Source: a virus
Taxonomy: Duplodnaviria; Caudoviricetes
Length of the DNA: 64,000 nt
Virus record (IMG/VR): IMGVR_UViG_3300028048_000065
Location: 85,499 to 149,498 of that record
Reading direction: 5' to 3' (one strand)
How positions within the stretch are numbered: position 1 is the first letter of the stretch; every line of letters starts with the position of its first letter. Made by a program: the position numbers and the translations under genes. Positions 13,821 to 25,636 of the stretch are shown here, piece after piece. The notes beneath the pieces were generated by a model. The model was not told where the DNA came from and searched no databases. It worked only from the letters and a program-made list of their open reading frames with translations.

Positions 13821-14813
13821 TCACAAAGTAATTCCAAACAAATCTTCAATATCTTTATCTTCGTTATTCTGGGCATAGGATAACGTGGTTTGAGAACTTG
13901 AGTGGTGAACTAATGTTTTAATTTTCTCCAATGGAACAGCCCGAAGATTCATTTCTTTGCATAAATAATGACTACCATCAAGCATATTGTTCACATAGCA
14001 ATGTCTCCATGAGTGTGGACTGAGCCGAGTATAATCTTTTCCCGTAAGCTCTGTAAGCTCTTCTCCCCACTTCTTTATCCATTCATAAATATTTCCCGCT
14101 GTAGCTGGTCTATTTTCACTATTTACAAATAACATCTCATTGTTATCCGTTCTTGTTGCGTCATACTTTTTAAACGCTTCTTTAGTGCGAGAAAAATAAA
14201 GGACTTTAAATTTTTTACCGCGCTTTCCTACTACTACAGTATCAGTAGAGTTTTTATCATCTGCAATATCAGTTCTCTTTACTTGTAGAATCTCATTGCG
14301 CCTTACACCAGAATCATATAAAATAGCTAATAAAGTTGCTTCTTTATATCTCTCTTCATTCATTAATTTATCATAAAGCATTTTAATTTCATCATCTGGA
14401 ATAAAAGTAATTTCTCTAACACTATCTTTAGGAACACCTTTTATTTTTTCACTGGCGTTACGCTCATAATCTTCATATAAGTCTTCATCTTCAGTTGCCA
14501 TATCCAACATCATATGAACAGCACTCAAAATTCTATTACAACGTGCCGCACTCATATTCCACTCATCTTGACAATAAATCATAAATTTACGATAATCTCT
14601 TTTTGTTAATTTTAAAAAAGACTCGTTATTACAATTTTCTAAAATCCAAATTGCAACACGTCGTAAATCCGCAAAATACTATTTCTAAGTCCCCTCAGAC
14701 CTACGTTTAGCTTTACATTCTGTAATAAAATCATCTATTAAATCTTTATTTTCTTGATTAACGTTATCCCATTTTTCAGGAGAGAAGGTTTTATTATATA
14801 CCTACTTACCCAT
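13821..14813 (-). CDS. Tyrosine recombinase (XerC/D-like), 330 aa with TAG=Gln
   Basis: GVRRNE, HSWRH, HHSS..TLSY catalytic motifs. N-terminal domain restored across three TAGs from ATG 14813. Confidence 0.85.
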
Positions 14814-14818
14814 TTCTA

Positions 14819-15370
14819 TCACAAGTCTCCCTTCTGCTTTATAATCTCCTCAAAACCGTTTTTGGTTGCGTATGTAAATTGCGTCCTTTTTCGGCTGCTT
14901 TCTATTTCAATTCCGCCATATTCAATTACTTCTTTCATGTTGATGCTTCTCTTATCACTTTCAACCATGAATCTGCTAAAATCATCAATACTTAAAAAGA
15001 AAGTTCGTTCTTCTAAATCATGCTTTTCGTCCATCTCTTGACGAAAATTAAGCACAAACCGCGAAATAATTCCATCATACAAACCCATATTTACCAAACT
15101 ATTAATCTGGTGATAATGAATCATACCATCTGGTAACTTAGGGTCTCTCTAAAACGAAAAGTTCTTACCTTTCGTATTCTTCAACTCAAGCGTGAAAAGA
15201 TAACCATTGTAATATACAATTAAATCCGCAGGTTGTTTAATTGTAAATCTCGACCTCAAATCCTTGTTTGGATTAAAACTGAGGTCACTATCAGTCAATC
15301 TCAAACAAAATATTCCATCATTTTCACACGCCTATTTAAAATTATGCTCAAATTTCTTGCCTTGATTCAT
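14819..15370 (-). CDS. RecU-like Holliday junction resolvase, 183 aa with TAG=Gln
   Basis: MNQGKKFEHNFK...PADLIVY...ELKNT...IHYHQI pattern once two TAGs are read through. Confidence 0.75.
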
Positions 15371-15510
15371 AATATATTTTCTCCTGTATCTCCTTTTAAA
15401 CCTTTTATACCCTTTTATCCCCCAATCTACTGAGGTTAAAAAAAGGAAGCGCAAGCAGTAAGGACAACCTTACCACTTTACACTTCCTTTCTTGTCAATT
15501 CAATTAAATG

Positions 15511-15732
15511 TTAATTAAACTCATCGTAATAATCATCATACCTGTCTTTTTTCTTAAAAGCCTTCTTTTGCTCCCATTTGTTCTTAGCTTTACTTTTCTT
15601 AATCTCTTGCTCAGAAAAGAACTCTTCTTCAAAAGACTTTTCTTCCTTTACGGGTTTGGAAAACTTCTTTTTTCTAACAATTTCAGGCTCATCAAACTAA
15701 GAAAAGTTACAGTTTTTATTCTTTTTACCCAT
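15511..15732 (-). CDS. Small charged hypothetical protein, 73 aa, one TAG
   Basis: ATG 15732 to TAA 15511 in frame; absent from the ORF track. Confidence 0.55.
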
Positions 15733-15779
15733 TTTTCAAACTACCTAATAAAATTCTCTTTTTATTTTCTTATTTTATA

Positions 15780-17081
15780 TTAATCAAGATTGGCAAAGAA
15801 TACTTCTTCCATGCCATCTATATCATCAATTAAAAACGAACAACTTCTACGCTTTGCTGATGTAAAACCAGTTTTCGCTGTCCATGCATCTGCCGCTGTT
15901 AAAGATGGAATAGTCCATGTCTCAATTCCATTTGCTTCTTTTACCGCCAAATGATGCAAATGTCCAGTAATCCAAATATGATTCTCTGTAAGTCCCCAGC
16001 CCATCTTAGCCTCAGTCTGCATTAAAGAACCAAGTCGTTCCTTTTCATCAGAACCATGAGTGAAACCTACAAGTGTATTACCAAGCTTCACATACTTGCG
16101 ATACCTCGGTGTAGCATCAACTGTTACCAGAGTATCATTTCTGAAGTAAGATTCAAGCAAACGCCCAAATACAAGCTCCTCAAAGCGAGAATGGTTCCGC
16201 TGGACAATAATCACATCAACAGGAGCAAGAGAAGTAAGCCTATCAATAGCATCAATGATAATCTCTGTAGTCTTATCAAAAATCTCCATAAATGCCGCAC
16301 AATTATCTTGCTGATGCTTACCTGAAGAAGTATATCCATTAGCGGCGCTATTCATCAAATCCTGTCCTACACAGAACACAATTTTCTTAATAGACTTTCC
16401 TGTATAATGGTCAATATACTTTTCTACATTTTGCATAATCTCTTTCTCTGCGATTTCAAGATTGTACTTCAAACCTGTCTGAGCTTCATAAGAAGCGCGA
16501 CCAATATGCAAATCAAAAAGATTAATAATCAAATACTTTGGATTCTTTGGCTCTGGACGAAAAGCTACTCTCTTATGACTTGGCTTGAATTTTTCAAACT
16601 TCTTCATAAGCTCATCTACATCAATTCCAGTTTCGGTGGGCTTAACAGTAATCTTAGAAGAATAAAGATTCTTTAAACCACCACTACCATCACCCATCTG
16701 CCACTTAGAATTTCGTGCAGAAATAAGCTCCCAATTAATAGGATTAAATCCATGAGCCTTAAGCAAAGCTTCCTTTGAATTAAGTTCATCTTCTGAAAGC
16801 TCAATTACTTTCTCAGAACCCCTACTACCATCTGCATTAAGAGAAGTTGTAGACTGAGGAATCTTTGTCCCTACTGGGGGATTAATCCATCCCATAGTTA
16901 AATATTCATCAAGCAAAAAAGCTCCACCTTTAATGGTCTTCATTGCTACTTGAGGAAGGTTATATTTAGCACGAATACCTACAGCATCAGCCCAACAACG
17001 TTTTCCCTCATTTATATCTTTGCGAAGCTAAAGCATTTCCTGTAAATATTCTACAGGATATTGAATGTCTTTTATAGCCAT
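15780..17081 (-). CDS. Calcineurin-like metallophosphoesterase
   Basis: DLH, GQD, RNH (usually GNH), HG and GHLH motifs. Start extends to ATG 17081 across one TAG. Confidence 0.8.
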
Positions 17082-17113
17082 TGTTTTTTATTTCTTCCTT
17101 TTAAATATTTTTA

Positions 17114-17764
17114 TTAGCCAACCAACTGAGCAATATTATCAATTACTGTATCTGTAAGACCATATTGAATCTGTTGGTCAATATAGATGTACCACTCTTT
17201 CTTCATTTGCTTTGTCAAATATGCCTTATCAATAGTAGAATGTTCAAGAATATTCTCCTTAAGCATATCCATCAAACGCTTATAGTTTTCAGTCTGAGCT
17301 ACAACTTGTTCATAACCACCTGAACTACCACCAGACCGACTATGCAAAAGAACTGTAGACTTTGGCATAGCAAAACGCTTATGACCATTAATGTAAATTA
17401 GCGCAGCGGCACTCATGGCCGTGCCAAAATTGTATGTGTATAGTGGTGTAGTGCTAATTTTCATTACATCAAGCAAAGAGAAACAACTGTCAAGGGTTCC
17501 TCCGTAACTCTGTATAAAGAGACGGATGGGAGTTCTTTCCTCAACTGGAATCTTATTTTTTTCGTCTTCTCGATTATACTGAATAATCTGACGAATTTCA
17601 TTAAACAAATCTGAATCAATGTCTTTATCAATCCATACTACCCTCGCTTTTCGGTCGAGATAGTATTGAAGCAAAGAGGGAGTCGGGAGCTAAAGATTCC
17701 CCTCTGGCTCAATTTCATCCATCGGCACGAGAAGGTCCAGTACATCATTTTTAATTTTTTCCAT
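17114..17764 (-). CDS. ClpP-like serine protease
   Basis: IQSYGG, AMSAA (catalytic Ser) and LLH motifs. Start extends to ATG 17764 across one TAG. Confidence 0.85.
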
Positions 17765-17799
17765 AATATCTTTTAATCCTTTTAAACAATTAAAAATTA

Positions 17800-18290
17800 T
17801 ATTAAAACTTACAATAGCTTGTAAGTTAAAATCTCGCTTTTAAGTTTCCAACCGCTTTTGATTAGTAGCGACACAATGTTTTAGAAGTGATTGCAACTTC
17901 ACTATTAAGAGCTTAACCTTTTATATACCGTCATATATTTCTATATAAGCTAAGTAACGGTAATCTCTGTTGGATTTAAAGTTTAGCGCTGACAGCTTGT
18001 AAATCAATGCCAAGTACAGGTACTCCGCTCTTCTAACTTCCACTATCTAAAGTTTGTTCAAAAAGCCATCAAGTGTGCTCTTTCAAGCCTATAAGTGGCT
18101 CAGACTCGCTTTACGCCTCCGTAAATTTGGTCTTCTTTAAATCCTCACCCCGTGCTCATGGACACCACTTTTCAAGATTTATGCCGACATCTTGAAACGC
18201 CTTTCGCTTCCGTTTGAAACCACGCATGAAAGTATGTTGGTCGGTTAGTTTTTAAGCTAACTATATATTTCCACATCTAAAAGATGTAAA
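17800..18290 (-). ncRNA. Candidate large structured ncRNA (~490 nt)
   Basis: No track ORF, higher GC than other spacers, many hairpins (e.g. TTCAAGAT..ATCTTGAA, TTTACG..CGTAAA, AACTTACAA..TTGTAAGTT). Family not identified; strand assumed from context. Confidence 0.45.
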
Positions 18291-18296
18291 AACCTA

Positions 18297-19757
18297 TCAA
18301 AGCAAAATTTCTGTTGATTTATTTACAATAACAACCTTATCTGTTCTATTGCGTTTTTCAATTTCTAATTTTAACTGCTCTGCAAATTTCACTTTTCCAT
18401 CAAAGTCACCATGAACAAGCGCAATCTTTTCATAAGTTGCTTGACCATATCCTCCACTTAATAGCTTCAGCAGTTCATCATGTTGGATATGACTGGAAAA
18501 ACTCTGTAAATTAATTACGTTTGCTCGACTTGGAATACTCTTTCCATTAATAGTAACAGTTTTTGTTTTCTTTTGCTTTATTTTCCCAGCAAGACTTGTA
18601 GGAGTAGCATATCCACAGAAAGCTAAAATATTTTTAGCACTTGGCAAAAATTTTTCAGCCAGATACACCGAGTACCCTCCAACCATGAAGCCACTTGCCG
18701 CCAAGTATATCGCACTTGTTCCTTCTTTTTGATGCTTATTAACAATTGCTTCGAGAGTATCAAAATCTTTTATATATTGAACAGAACTCCAACCACGAAC
18801 CATTTTCCATTTTTCAGCATCTTCTCCACTCAAATGAGTGTCAAAAATATCACAAATTTTACACGCCAATGGAGATGCTACATAAATCGGACAAGTGAAT
18901 TTTTCATCATCATAAAACAAATCGTATAACAAACTTAAAATAATTTGAGTTCGCATAAAACTAAAAGTGGGAAAAAGAATTTGTCCACCTTTTCTATCTA
19001 TAGCATAATCATAAACTATAGACTTAATTTTTTCAACATCTTTTTCTCTATCTTTCCCATTGGCACTTCTTTTAGCGTCCGCATAAGTTGTTTCGCTTAC
19101 CAAAAGATTAGCACTTTGGATAGGTTGAAATGTATTTGTATACATTCTGGGCATTGCGATATTACCCATATCTCCCGTAAAAGCAATTTTACGAGTTGTA
19201 TTCCCATTTTTAATATAAAGAATAATAGATGAACTATGAATAGTATGTCCAGCAGGAATAAATTCTACTGTTACTTCATCATCTAATTTAATCTTTTCAT
19301 TAAAATTACATTCATGTAATTTATCAAGAGCATTATATACATCTTGACTTTCGTAAATAGGAGGATAATTTCTTTTCATTTTTTTGGTTAAGTCAAGTGC
19401 ATTTCTTTCCATAATATTAGCACTATCTAATGCCATAGGCTTAAAAATATCTACGAACCCCTGTGGCACATAAGCATTCCCCGTAAATCCTCTTTTTACT
19501 ACTAAGGGAAATAATAAACTATGGTCTCCATGATTGTCTGACATAAACACATAGTCAAGATTTTTAGCCTTAAATTTAAAATTTGCATTATTTGCTTGAT
19601 ATTCACCAAGCAGACTTTTTTCACCTTGAACCAACCCCGCTTCTACTAAAATAGAACGCTGGGGCTTTCCCCAAGTAATCAAAGTCATTGAACCTGCAAC
19701 ACTTGTTGCATTATTGCCTATAAAGCTAATACGAATCTTGTCTTTTGACTTACCCAA
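18297..19757 (-). CDS. Metallo-beta-lactamase/beta-CASP nuclease
   Basis: HGDH, AGH, FTGD, ETTY, FSSH and LVHG motifs; 486 aa. Confidence 0.85.
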   Translation of the reverse strand: MGKSKDKIRISFIGNNATSVAGSMTLITWGKPQRSILVEAGLVQGEKSLLGEYQANNANFKFKAKNLDYVFMSDNHGDHSLLFPLVVKRGFTGNAYVPQGFVDIFKPMALDSANIMERNALDLTKKMKRNYPPIYESQDVYNALDKLHECNFNEKIKLDDEVTVEFIPAGHTIHSSSIILYIKNGNTTRKIAFTGDMGNIAMPRMYTNTFQPIQSANLLVSETTYADAKRSANGKDREKDVEKIKSIVYDYAIDRKGGQILFPTFSFMRTQIILSLLYDLFYDDEKFTCPIYVASPLACKICDIFDTHLSGEDAEKWKMVRGWSSVQYIKDFDTLEAIVNKHQKEGTSAIYLAASGFMVGGYSVYLAEKFLPSAKNILAFCGYATPTSLAGKIKQKKTKTVTINGKSIPSRANVINLQSFSSHIQHDELLKLLSGGYGQATYEKIALVHGDFDGKVKFAEQLKLEIEKRNRTDKVVIVNKSTEILL

Positions 19758-19905
19758 AACAGATTCCTCCTTTAACTCTCAGGTAGGACCGCAATAGGGG
19801 ATATTCCACCCCTATCGCAGTAAATACAACTAAAATCTTTTTTCGATTCTTAGTCGTAGATTTTAATTAAATTTTACTTTTTAACCTTTTACCTTTAAAT
19901 CATCC

Positions 19906-20337
19906 TCACATCTTCTCAATAAGAATCTGTGGCTTCTTCTCAGGCATCTTAGTCGTAAAATAAACAAACACCAATCCATCCTTGGCTTCATACTGAATCT
20001 TCTCAACATTATTAAGAATTTCCTTGGAAATAGGAAGCTCAACATACTGAGAATAAGTAATTCCCTTAACCTCTGTCTTACCCTGAACAATTACGCAATC
20101 GTCCTTAAGACTAACAGAAACATCTTCTTCAGCAATACCAAGACACTTAACTACAGCATATACACCCTTAGTTACAGGAATCTTAGAATCTTTATCTCCC
20201 TCATCTTCCTTCCAAATATACCACTTTGCAGGACGCATATCAAGTACACCATCCGTATTAAAGCGAATATTTCTCATAGAAGGGAAAAAGAGACTATCAT
20301 CAAAAATGGAATTTACAGCGTTCATCAAATCATACAT
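19906..20337 (-). CDS. Hsp20/alpha-crystallin-like small heat shock protein
   Basis: 143 aa; EDVSVSL...VQGK...ELPI...AKDGLVFV pattern and C-terminal IxI-like ILI. Confidence 0.7.
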   Translation of the reverse strand: MYDLMNAVNSIFDDSLFFPSMRNIRFNTDGVLDMRPAKWYIWKEDEGDKDSKIPVTKGVYAVVKCLGIAEEDVSVSLKDDCVIVQGKTEVKGITYSQYVELPISKEILNNVEKIQYEAKDGLVFVYFTTKMPEKKPQILIEKM

Positions 20338-20586
20338 AATAAAAATCCTCCAAAAATTAAAAAATAGAATTAAAAAATAATAAAAAATGAAAAATATAAA
20401 ATAAAATTATATCAAACACAAAGAAGAGATTACTACCAATTCGGGCCGTGCGACCAATACAATAGCCATAACCTTTTGAATTACAAATCAACTTTTCAAC
20501 TTTCTGGAAAATCCAGATAGTTCATTCAGTCAAATTTACACTTCCCAATCCGATAGATTTATTGTCTCTTTCTTGAGTTTAGGTGA

Positions 20587-20615
20587 ATTATAACACAATA
20601 TCTTGTGTTTGTCAA
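20587..20615 (-). promoter_or_regulatory. Consensus sigma70/sigmaA promoter
   Basis: TTGACA-17 nt-TATAAT on the minus strand, upstream of the Hsp20 block. Confidence 0.8.
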
Positions 20616-20757
20616 GAAAATTTTTCCTTAAAAATATATCCATTTTAAACGGAAAATAAAACCAAACTTTTATTGGTATTGAACTTTAAAAAAAGAGAGA
20701 ATGTTAACAGTTTTTACTATGTGCATCCTCTCTCTTTGTAAAACTTAATACCTTCTC

Positions 20758-21222
20758 TTAAATCTCGAAGTCAAGAATATCGCCTATTTTTGCATTAGGA
20801 TAACCGTACTTCATAACAAATTCACCGTTGTCAAGATTTACGGCAATATCACCATTGTCAAATACACAACGAACCTTACCTTTAATGGTATTCTTCTTCT
20901 CTTCAACAATGGCTTCCTTTTCCTCGAAGACTTCTTCCTTTGCAACAGGAATCTCTTCATCAACTTCATTCTTCACTTCAAGGACTTCCTCAGCCTTAGA
21001 CTCAAGAGCAACCTTTTCAGGCTTTTTGTAATAATTCTTATTTTTCTTTTCGTCCATATATTGATTACTCCTTTTAGTGCATTTATTCATTGCAGGAGAG
21101 TTTTCCCATGCATTAGATAAATGACAATATTTCTAATATGGACACATTGGAGGAGCTTCACCCTCCCCCAATGTGCATATTAAGCGTCTGAATTTGTTAT
21201 ACTCCGCAAAATTACAGAGCAT
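20758..21222 (-). CDS. Hypothetical protein; Cys-rich N-terminus joined across a TAG, second RBS/ATG at 21057
   Basis: Single frame from ATG 21222 to TAA 20758. Confidence 0.55.
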
Positions 21223-21258
21223 AGTTTAATTCTCCTATTCTTTTACTTTCCTTCTTAA

Positions 21259-22296
21259 TTACGCAACCGTAACCTTAAGAGAAGCAGAGAGTGCAGGGAA
21301 CTTAGCAGCAGTGATAGCGATATTAAGAGCGCCAGTAGCACTATTGCTAATCGTAATAACACCATCAGCATAAGTATAACCCTCACCAGTTGCAACAGTA
21401 ATGTCACTATTAGCAAGCTTTATAGGAGCGCCATCAACGGGACAAGCATAAACAGCGATAGGAAGCTTGTCACCCTTTGCAGCAGTGCGTTCAGCATCCT
21501 CAACAATAAGAGCAGAGAAGCTGTCAGCAGAAACATTGGTGAAAACCTGAGTAATCTCAGCATAAGCGCCATCACCGTCACAACCTTGGCAACCATACGC
21601 GAGAGCGGTACCCTCCAAAGAGGTCTGAGCCACGCCAGTAGCGGTCATGGAGAAGTCCTGATTACCGTTAAGCATGAAACGATAAATCTTAATCTGGATA
21701 GAACCAGCAAGAGTAGAGGTCTCCAAATCACAAGAACCGCCTGAATAGAGGTTGGCAGTCAAAATAATGCTAAGAGTCTTAGGAATGAAGTTGGAGCTAA
21801 TGACCATCTTGGAAGCATAGTCATTGTGAATCATGTAACGAAGGCAATATTCAGTAGAAGCCTTTTCAACAGTAATGCTATTATCAGCCTTTGCAACTTC
21901 ATAAGCAACATAAGTGGCATTAGTACCAGACTCGAAAGCATAAGCAACAACCTTAGCATTCTCACCACCGAAAACAGGAACTGCGGTCTGAGGAAGAACA
22001 ATCTTCTTCTGAGCGTCAGACTTAATCTTACCAGTAGCAAAAACATCGCCACCAAGCTCAATGTCAGAACCAGTATTCATGGCAAGATACTCAAGATTGA
22101 ACATAGCATCAGTAAGTTTAAGACCAAAGGTAGCATCGTGAGCGTAACGGCCATAGAGCTTATTGCCCATACCGCCCTTGACATCTTCCATAGTCAGGCC
22201 AATGGTAATGGAACTATCGACCAAAGTATTAGCAGTAGCCACAAGACGTTCGCCATCCATGATGACTGCGTGGCCAACACCAGCAATAAAAACCAT
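21259..22296 (-). CDS. Major tail (tube) protein with probable C-terminal Ig-like domain
   Basis: 345 aa, beta-rich, strongly biased codon usage, position after neck genes. Confidence 0.7.
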   Translation of the reverse strand: MVFIAGVGHAVIMDGERLVATANTLVDSSITIGLTMEDVKGGMGNKLYGRYAHDATFGLKLTDAMFNLEYLAMNTGSDIELGGDVFATGKIKSDAQKKIVLPQTAVPVFGGENAKVVAYAFESGTNATYVAYEVAKADNSITVEKASTEYCLRYMIHNDYASKMVISSNFIPKTLSIILTANLYSGGSCDLETSTLAGSIQIKIYRFMLNGNQDFSMTATGVAQTSLEGTALAYGCQGCDGDGAYAEITQVFTNVSADSFSALIVEDAERTAAKGDKLPIAVYACPVDGAPIKLANSDITVATGEGYTYADGVITISNSATGALNIAITAAKFPALSASLKVTVA

Positions 22297-22332
22297 AGTA
22301 TATCCTCCTTATTTTATAATTACTATAACTTC

Positions 22333-23346
22333 TTACGTTACAGCAGCAAATTTCTTTTGAATATCATTCAAAGTCATAATCTCTTTAGACATATCTTTCT
22401 TATCATCTCCCCAAAGCCAATGAGTAGGTTGTTTCCCTTTAAAATCAACTAATCCTGTCATCTAAGCTTGGACTTGAGCATAATACATCTTTTGAGAGTC
22501 TATCATTTTTAACATTAAAGCTAATTTTCTTAGTGTTACTTCATTCATTAATTTATCAAAAGTATATGGAGCACTAATACAAATTCCCGTCATTTGTTTT
22601 TCAAGACTTGGAGCAGTATAGTTCTTGTTTTCCAATTCCTTTTTTAACTCTAAATCTTTTTTCAAGTTAGGGTCTACATATTTATCTCCATCATACCCTA
22701 AAATATTATAATGTGTGATAATTGCGGTAAGTTCTTCTAAATCCTTATTAGTTAAAACTACATTCTTTATCATCAAATTCTTCTACCCGTTCTCGTTCTT
22801 AATACTATAAACTTCACGCATCTATCCACCACATTCACAAACACTAAGCGATTGTAACATCTACAGTCTTTTAAGCTATCTATCTTCATCGGAAATGTCT
22901 TCTCCAAGATTAGCTATTTCTTTATCTAATTCTATTAACTTTTTTGCAATCTCTTCGTCTTCTATCTTCTTCCCACATTTAGGACAATATAGCCGATTCT
23001 TTTCATGTAAACAAAGTTCAAATATCCGAATCACTTGACTGGTTACAAATCCACCAATCTTTTCATCTTCCATTTGTTTAATTAAATAATTCATATAGCT
23101 CATTGCAATTCCTTCTGGATTCGCAACTTCTTTTTCCTTTTCAATTCCATTTTCGTCAACATATTTAACTTTTTTAACAGTTTTATCCTATGTTAAACAA
23201 CCAAGAGTGCTATAAAATTTATAATAATCTCGTGCCATAACAGGATAAACTTTTAACCCTCCCTTAAAAGGTACTGGGTCGTCTGTCTAAAAGTAGGCTT
23301 GCTCGTAAACAGTTATCTTTTGTTCGAGTTCTTTTGAGATTATCAT
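22333..23346 (-). CDS. Tail-region hypothetical protein with CxxC motifs, 337 aa with TAG=Gln
   Basis: Track fragments 22876..23103 and 22462..22776 join in frame from ATG 23346 to TAA 22333. Confidence 0.75.
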
Positions 23347-23352
23347 GTCTTA

Positions 23353-24009
23353 TTAAGACACCCCACTCATCCAACAACCCATTACAACTTTAATTCCTTC
23401 AAAGTTTCTATTATTCCAAATGCCATATTGAGCTTGCTGAAAACGACTCATCGTTCCAGAAAATTCCATCAATCCAACACCTTGAACATTAGCACCATTA
23501 AGCAAAGAAATTATAGCTTGTGTTAAAACAGATATTCTACTTTTAGTCTCGACATAGTATTCAACACCATCAACAATATCAATGGGCAAACCTTTGTCTT
23601 CTTCATTAGCAGCTATATTAATACACTTATTATGAGTGATAATATCTATACCGACATTAACAACTGCTTTATATGGGTCTTTAGGAATAATACCATCTAT
23701 ATAGACCTTAAGCAAAGTTGCCTCTGTCAAAAAAGCGTCTTCAAAATGAGGACTTCTAAAAATCCTCTTATCCGTTTGTGTTATATCATCATTCGCAATC
23801 AAACCCACAACTTTTTTATAAGTGGGCAATTTCTTGTTTAAAGCATCTCCCGTATTATAAGTTAAAAGTTTCCATATCGTGTGAGTAGCTTTTAACTCTT
23901 CTTCCGTCTTATTATTGGGAGACAGTAAATAATAAATAATCCTATCCTCAATTCCATCAAGCGTAACAAAACGGTTTCGAGCATTAGGAGCAAAAGTATT
24001 ATCTAACAT
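23353..24009 (-). CDS. Putative tail completion/terminator protein
   Basis: 218-aa ORF; function from position only. Confidence 0.5.
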   Translation of the reverse strand: MLDNTFAPNARNRFVTLDGIEDRIIYYLLSPNNKTEEELKATHTIWKLLTYNTGDALNKKLPTYKKVVGLIANDDITQTDKRIFRSPHFEDAFLTEATLLKVYIDGIIPKDPYKAVVNVGIDIITHNKCINIAANEEDKGLPIDIVDGVEYYVETKSRISVLTQAIISLLNGANVQGVGLMEFSGTMSRFQQAQYGIWNNRNFEGIKVVMGCWMSGVS

Positions 24010-24011
24010 AA

Positions 24012-25268
24012 TTAATAAAATCCTCCCAATTTAAAAGTATAATTTTGAATAACGGGCTATGCTTGAGCAGTCAAATCTTCATCGACGCATCTTAACTCCA
24101 CATTAACAACCCCTCTATTGCATTGTTTGAGATTCTTAATTGTAAATACGCAAGTTTCTTCATCGAAGTTACATTTGAAATATTTATTCCAATTTTCTTG
24201 CTTAATTCCTCCCAATTTAGCCTCAAAAACAAACTTATGTTTGCCATCAACTTTTTCGCCGTTAAAAGCAAGATAAACTCTAAACTCCGCCATTTCTCCT
24301 AACATGAGGTCAGTTGTTACATCGGGCTATACTGTTTCTTCGGTTTCAGCATTTTCCATTTCGATATAATATTCATAGACAGGATTCTCTTGCTCAACTT
24401 TATAAAGAGGAGCTTGATTGGGAATGCGATTTATTAAATCGTCTCCATCTGCTGCCTCATCTTTATCAAGTGCTAAAATAATCAACGGTATATCTTCTAT
24501 ACTCGTCTGATTATTTCGAGCAAAAGTTTTTTGAGAATTAGCTTTCACCACAGCCTTCACTTGATATACAGAATTATTTTCTCTGTCTTCTACATCACTT
24601 AAACCCAGAATTAATCTATCATTGATTTTAATAAAGTTAGTAAAATAATTTAACTGCAAATATACATACCATTCTGCCTGTGGAACTACAAGGGTCTGAT
24701 TGTAATATTTGTTCATATATCTAAGTTCGGTTACTTGAATGCATGGTTCATATCTTGCTTCGGTAATATTTTGGTAAGACCTGTCAGGAGAACCTACCAA
24801 TGCAATATTTCCATTGCACCTACGAACTACGCAGTTCCTCCGTGGAGCAACAGGATTTTCATTAATCGCAAGCCAAACACTTGTATCATAATGCTTTTCA
24901 TCCTCTGTCATTTTTGTCATGTCTGGAAAATCAAGAGAAAATCTATACCTTTTGCCTACACCAATTGGATAATTTAAATCTCGGAAACTAAGCTCCTCCC
25001 AATCTGTACTAAGGTCTTCTCCTCTTTCACCTTTTACAGAACGTATTACCACATCCACAGGTGTATAAGCGGGAAGTTCGCAAGTATACTTCAAGGGTTT
25101 AGCTATTTCTTCTTCAATCCCAACCACATTATATCTATATGCCCAATCTTTGTTTCTCTTATCCTGTAAATTTTCAATATAATAGTTTTCTCCAACCATG
25201 TTTTTTGGGAGTTTTGCTTTCAAATACATGGAGCTATCTATTACATTCGTTGTATTAATTACAGCCAT
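24012..25268 (-). CDS. Putative head closure/neck protein, 418 aa with TAG=Gln
   Basis: Two track ORFs join across TAG 24327 and 24057, ending TAA 24012. Confidence 0.6.
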
Positions 25269-25271
25269 AAC

Positions 25272-25632
25272 TCACTCCTTATCAGACTCTTTTTTATCCT
25301 TGTAAGAAGAAAGTAAGAACTCAACATAATTTACAGAGTCAAAAACAAGCTTTTTAATTTGCGTTTTCTCCAATTTATTATTTAAAATTGAAGTCATATT
25401 AACAACAACACTAACTAATTCGCCATTGAATAAATAATTGCTTGAAGAAATATACATGGCAACGCCACCGCAATAAATGCGATAATTATATTTTGAGTCA
25501 GGTTCTAAAGAACGGTCATAGACATAAAGAATCTTCTTTAAACGAACTACAAGTTCTTCTAAACATTTAATCTTTTCATCTAAGGACAAAACAATTTTAA
25601 AATTATTTTCTATCTTTTCCATTTCTTCCATT
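25272..25632 (-). CDS. Hypothetical protein (start approximate)
   Basis: Track ORF; start at MEEMEK avoids overlap with the upstream gene. Confidence 0.55.
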
Positions 25633-25636
25633 CGTT

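Noticed and set aside
13821-14813. Prophage boundary at the tyrosine recombinase
   Set aside because: Phage structural genes and TAG recoding continue on both sides; no att site or host DNA is evident.
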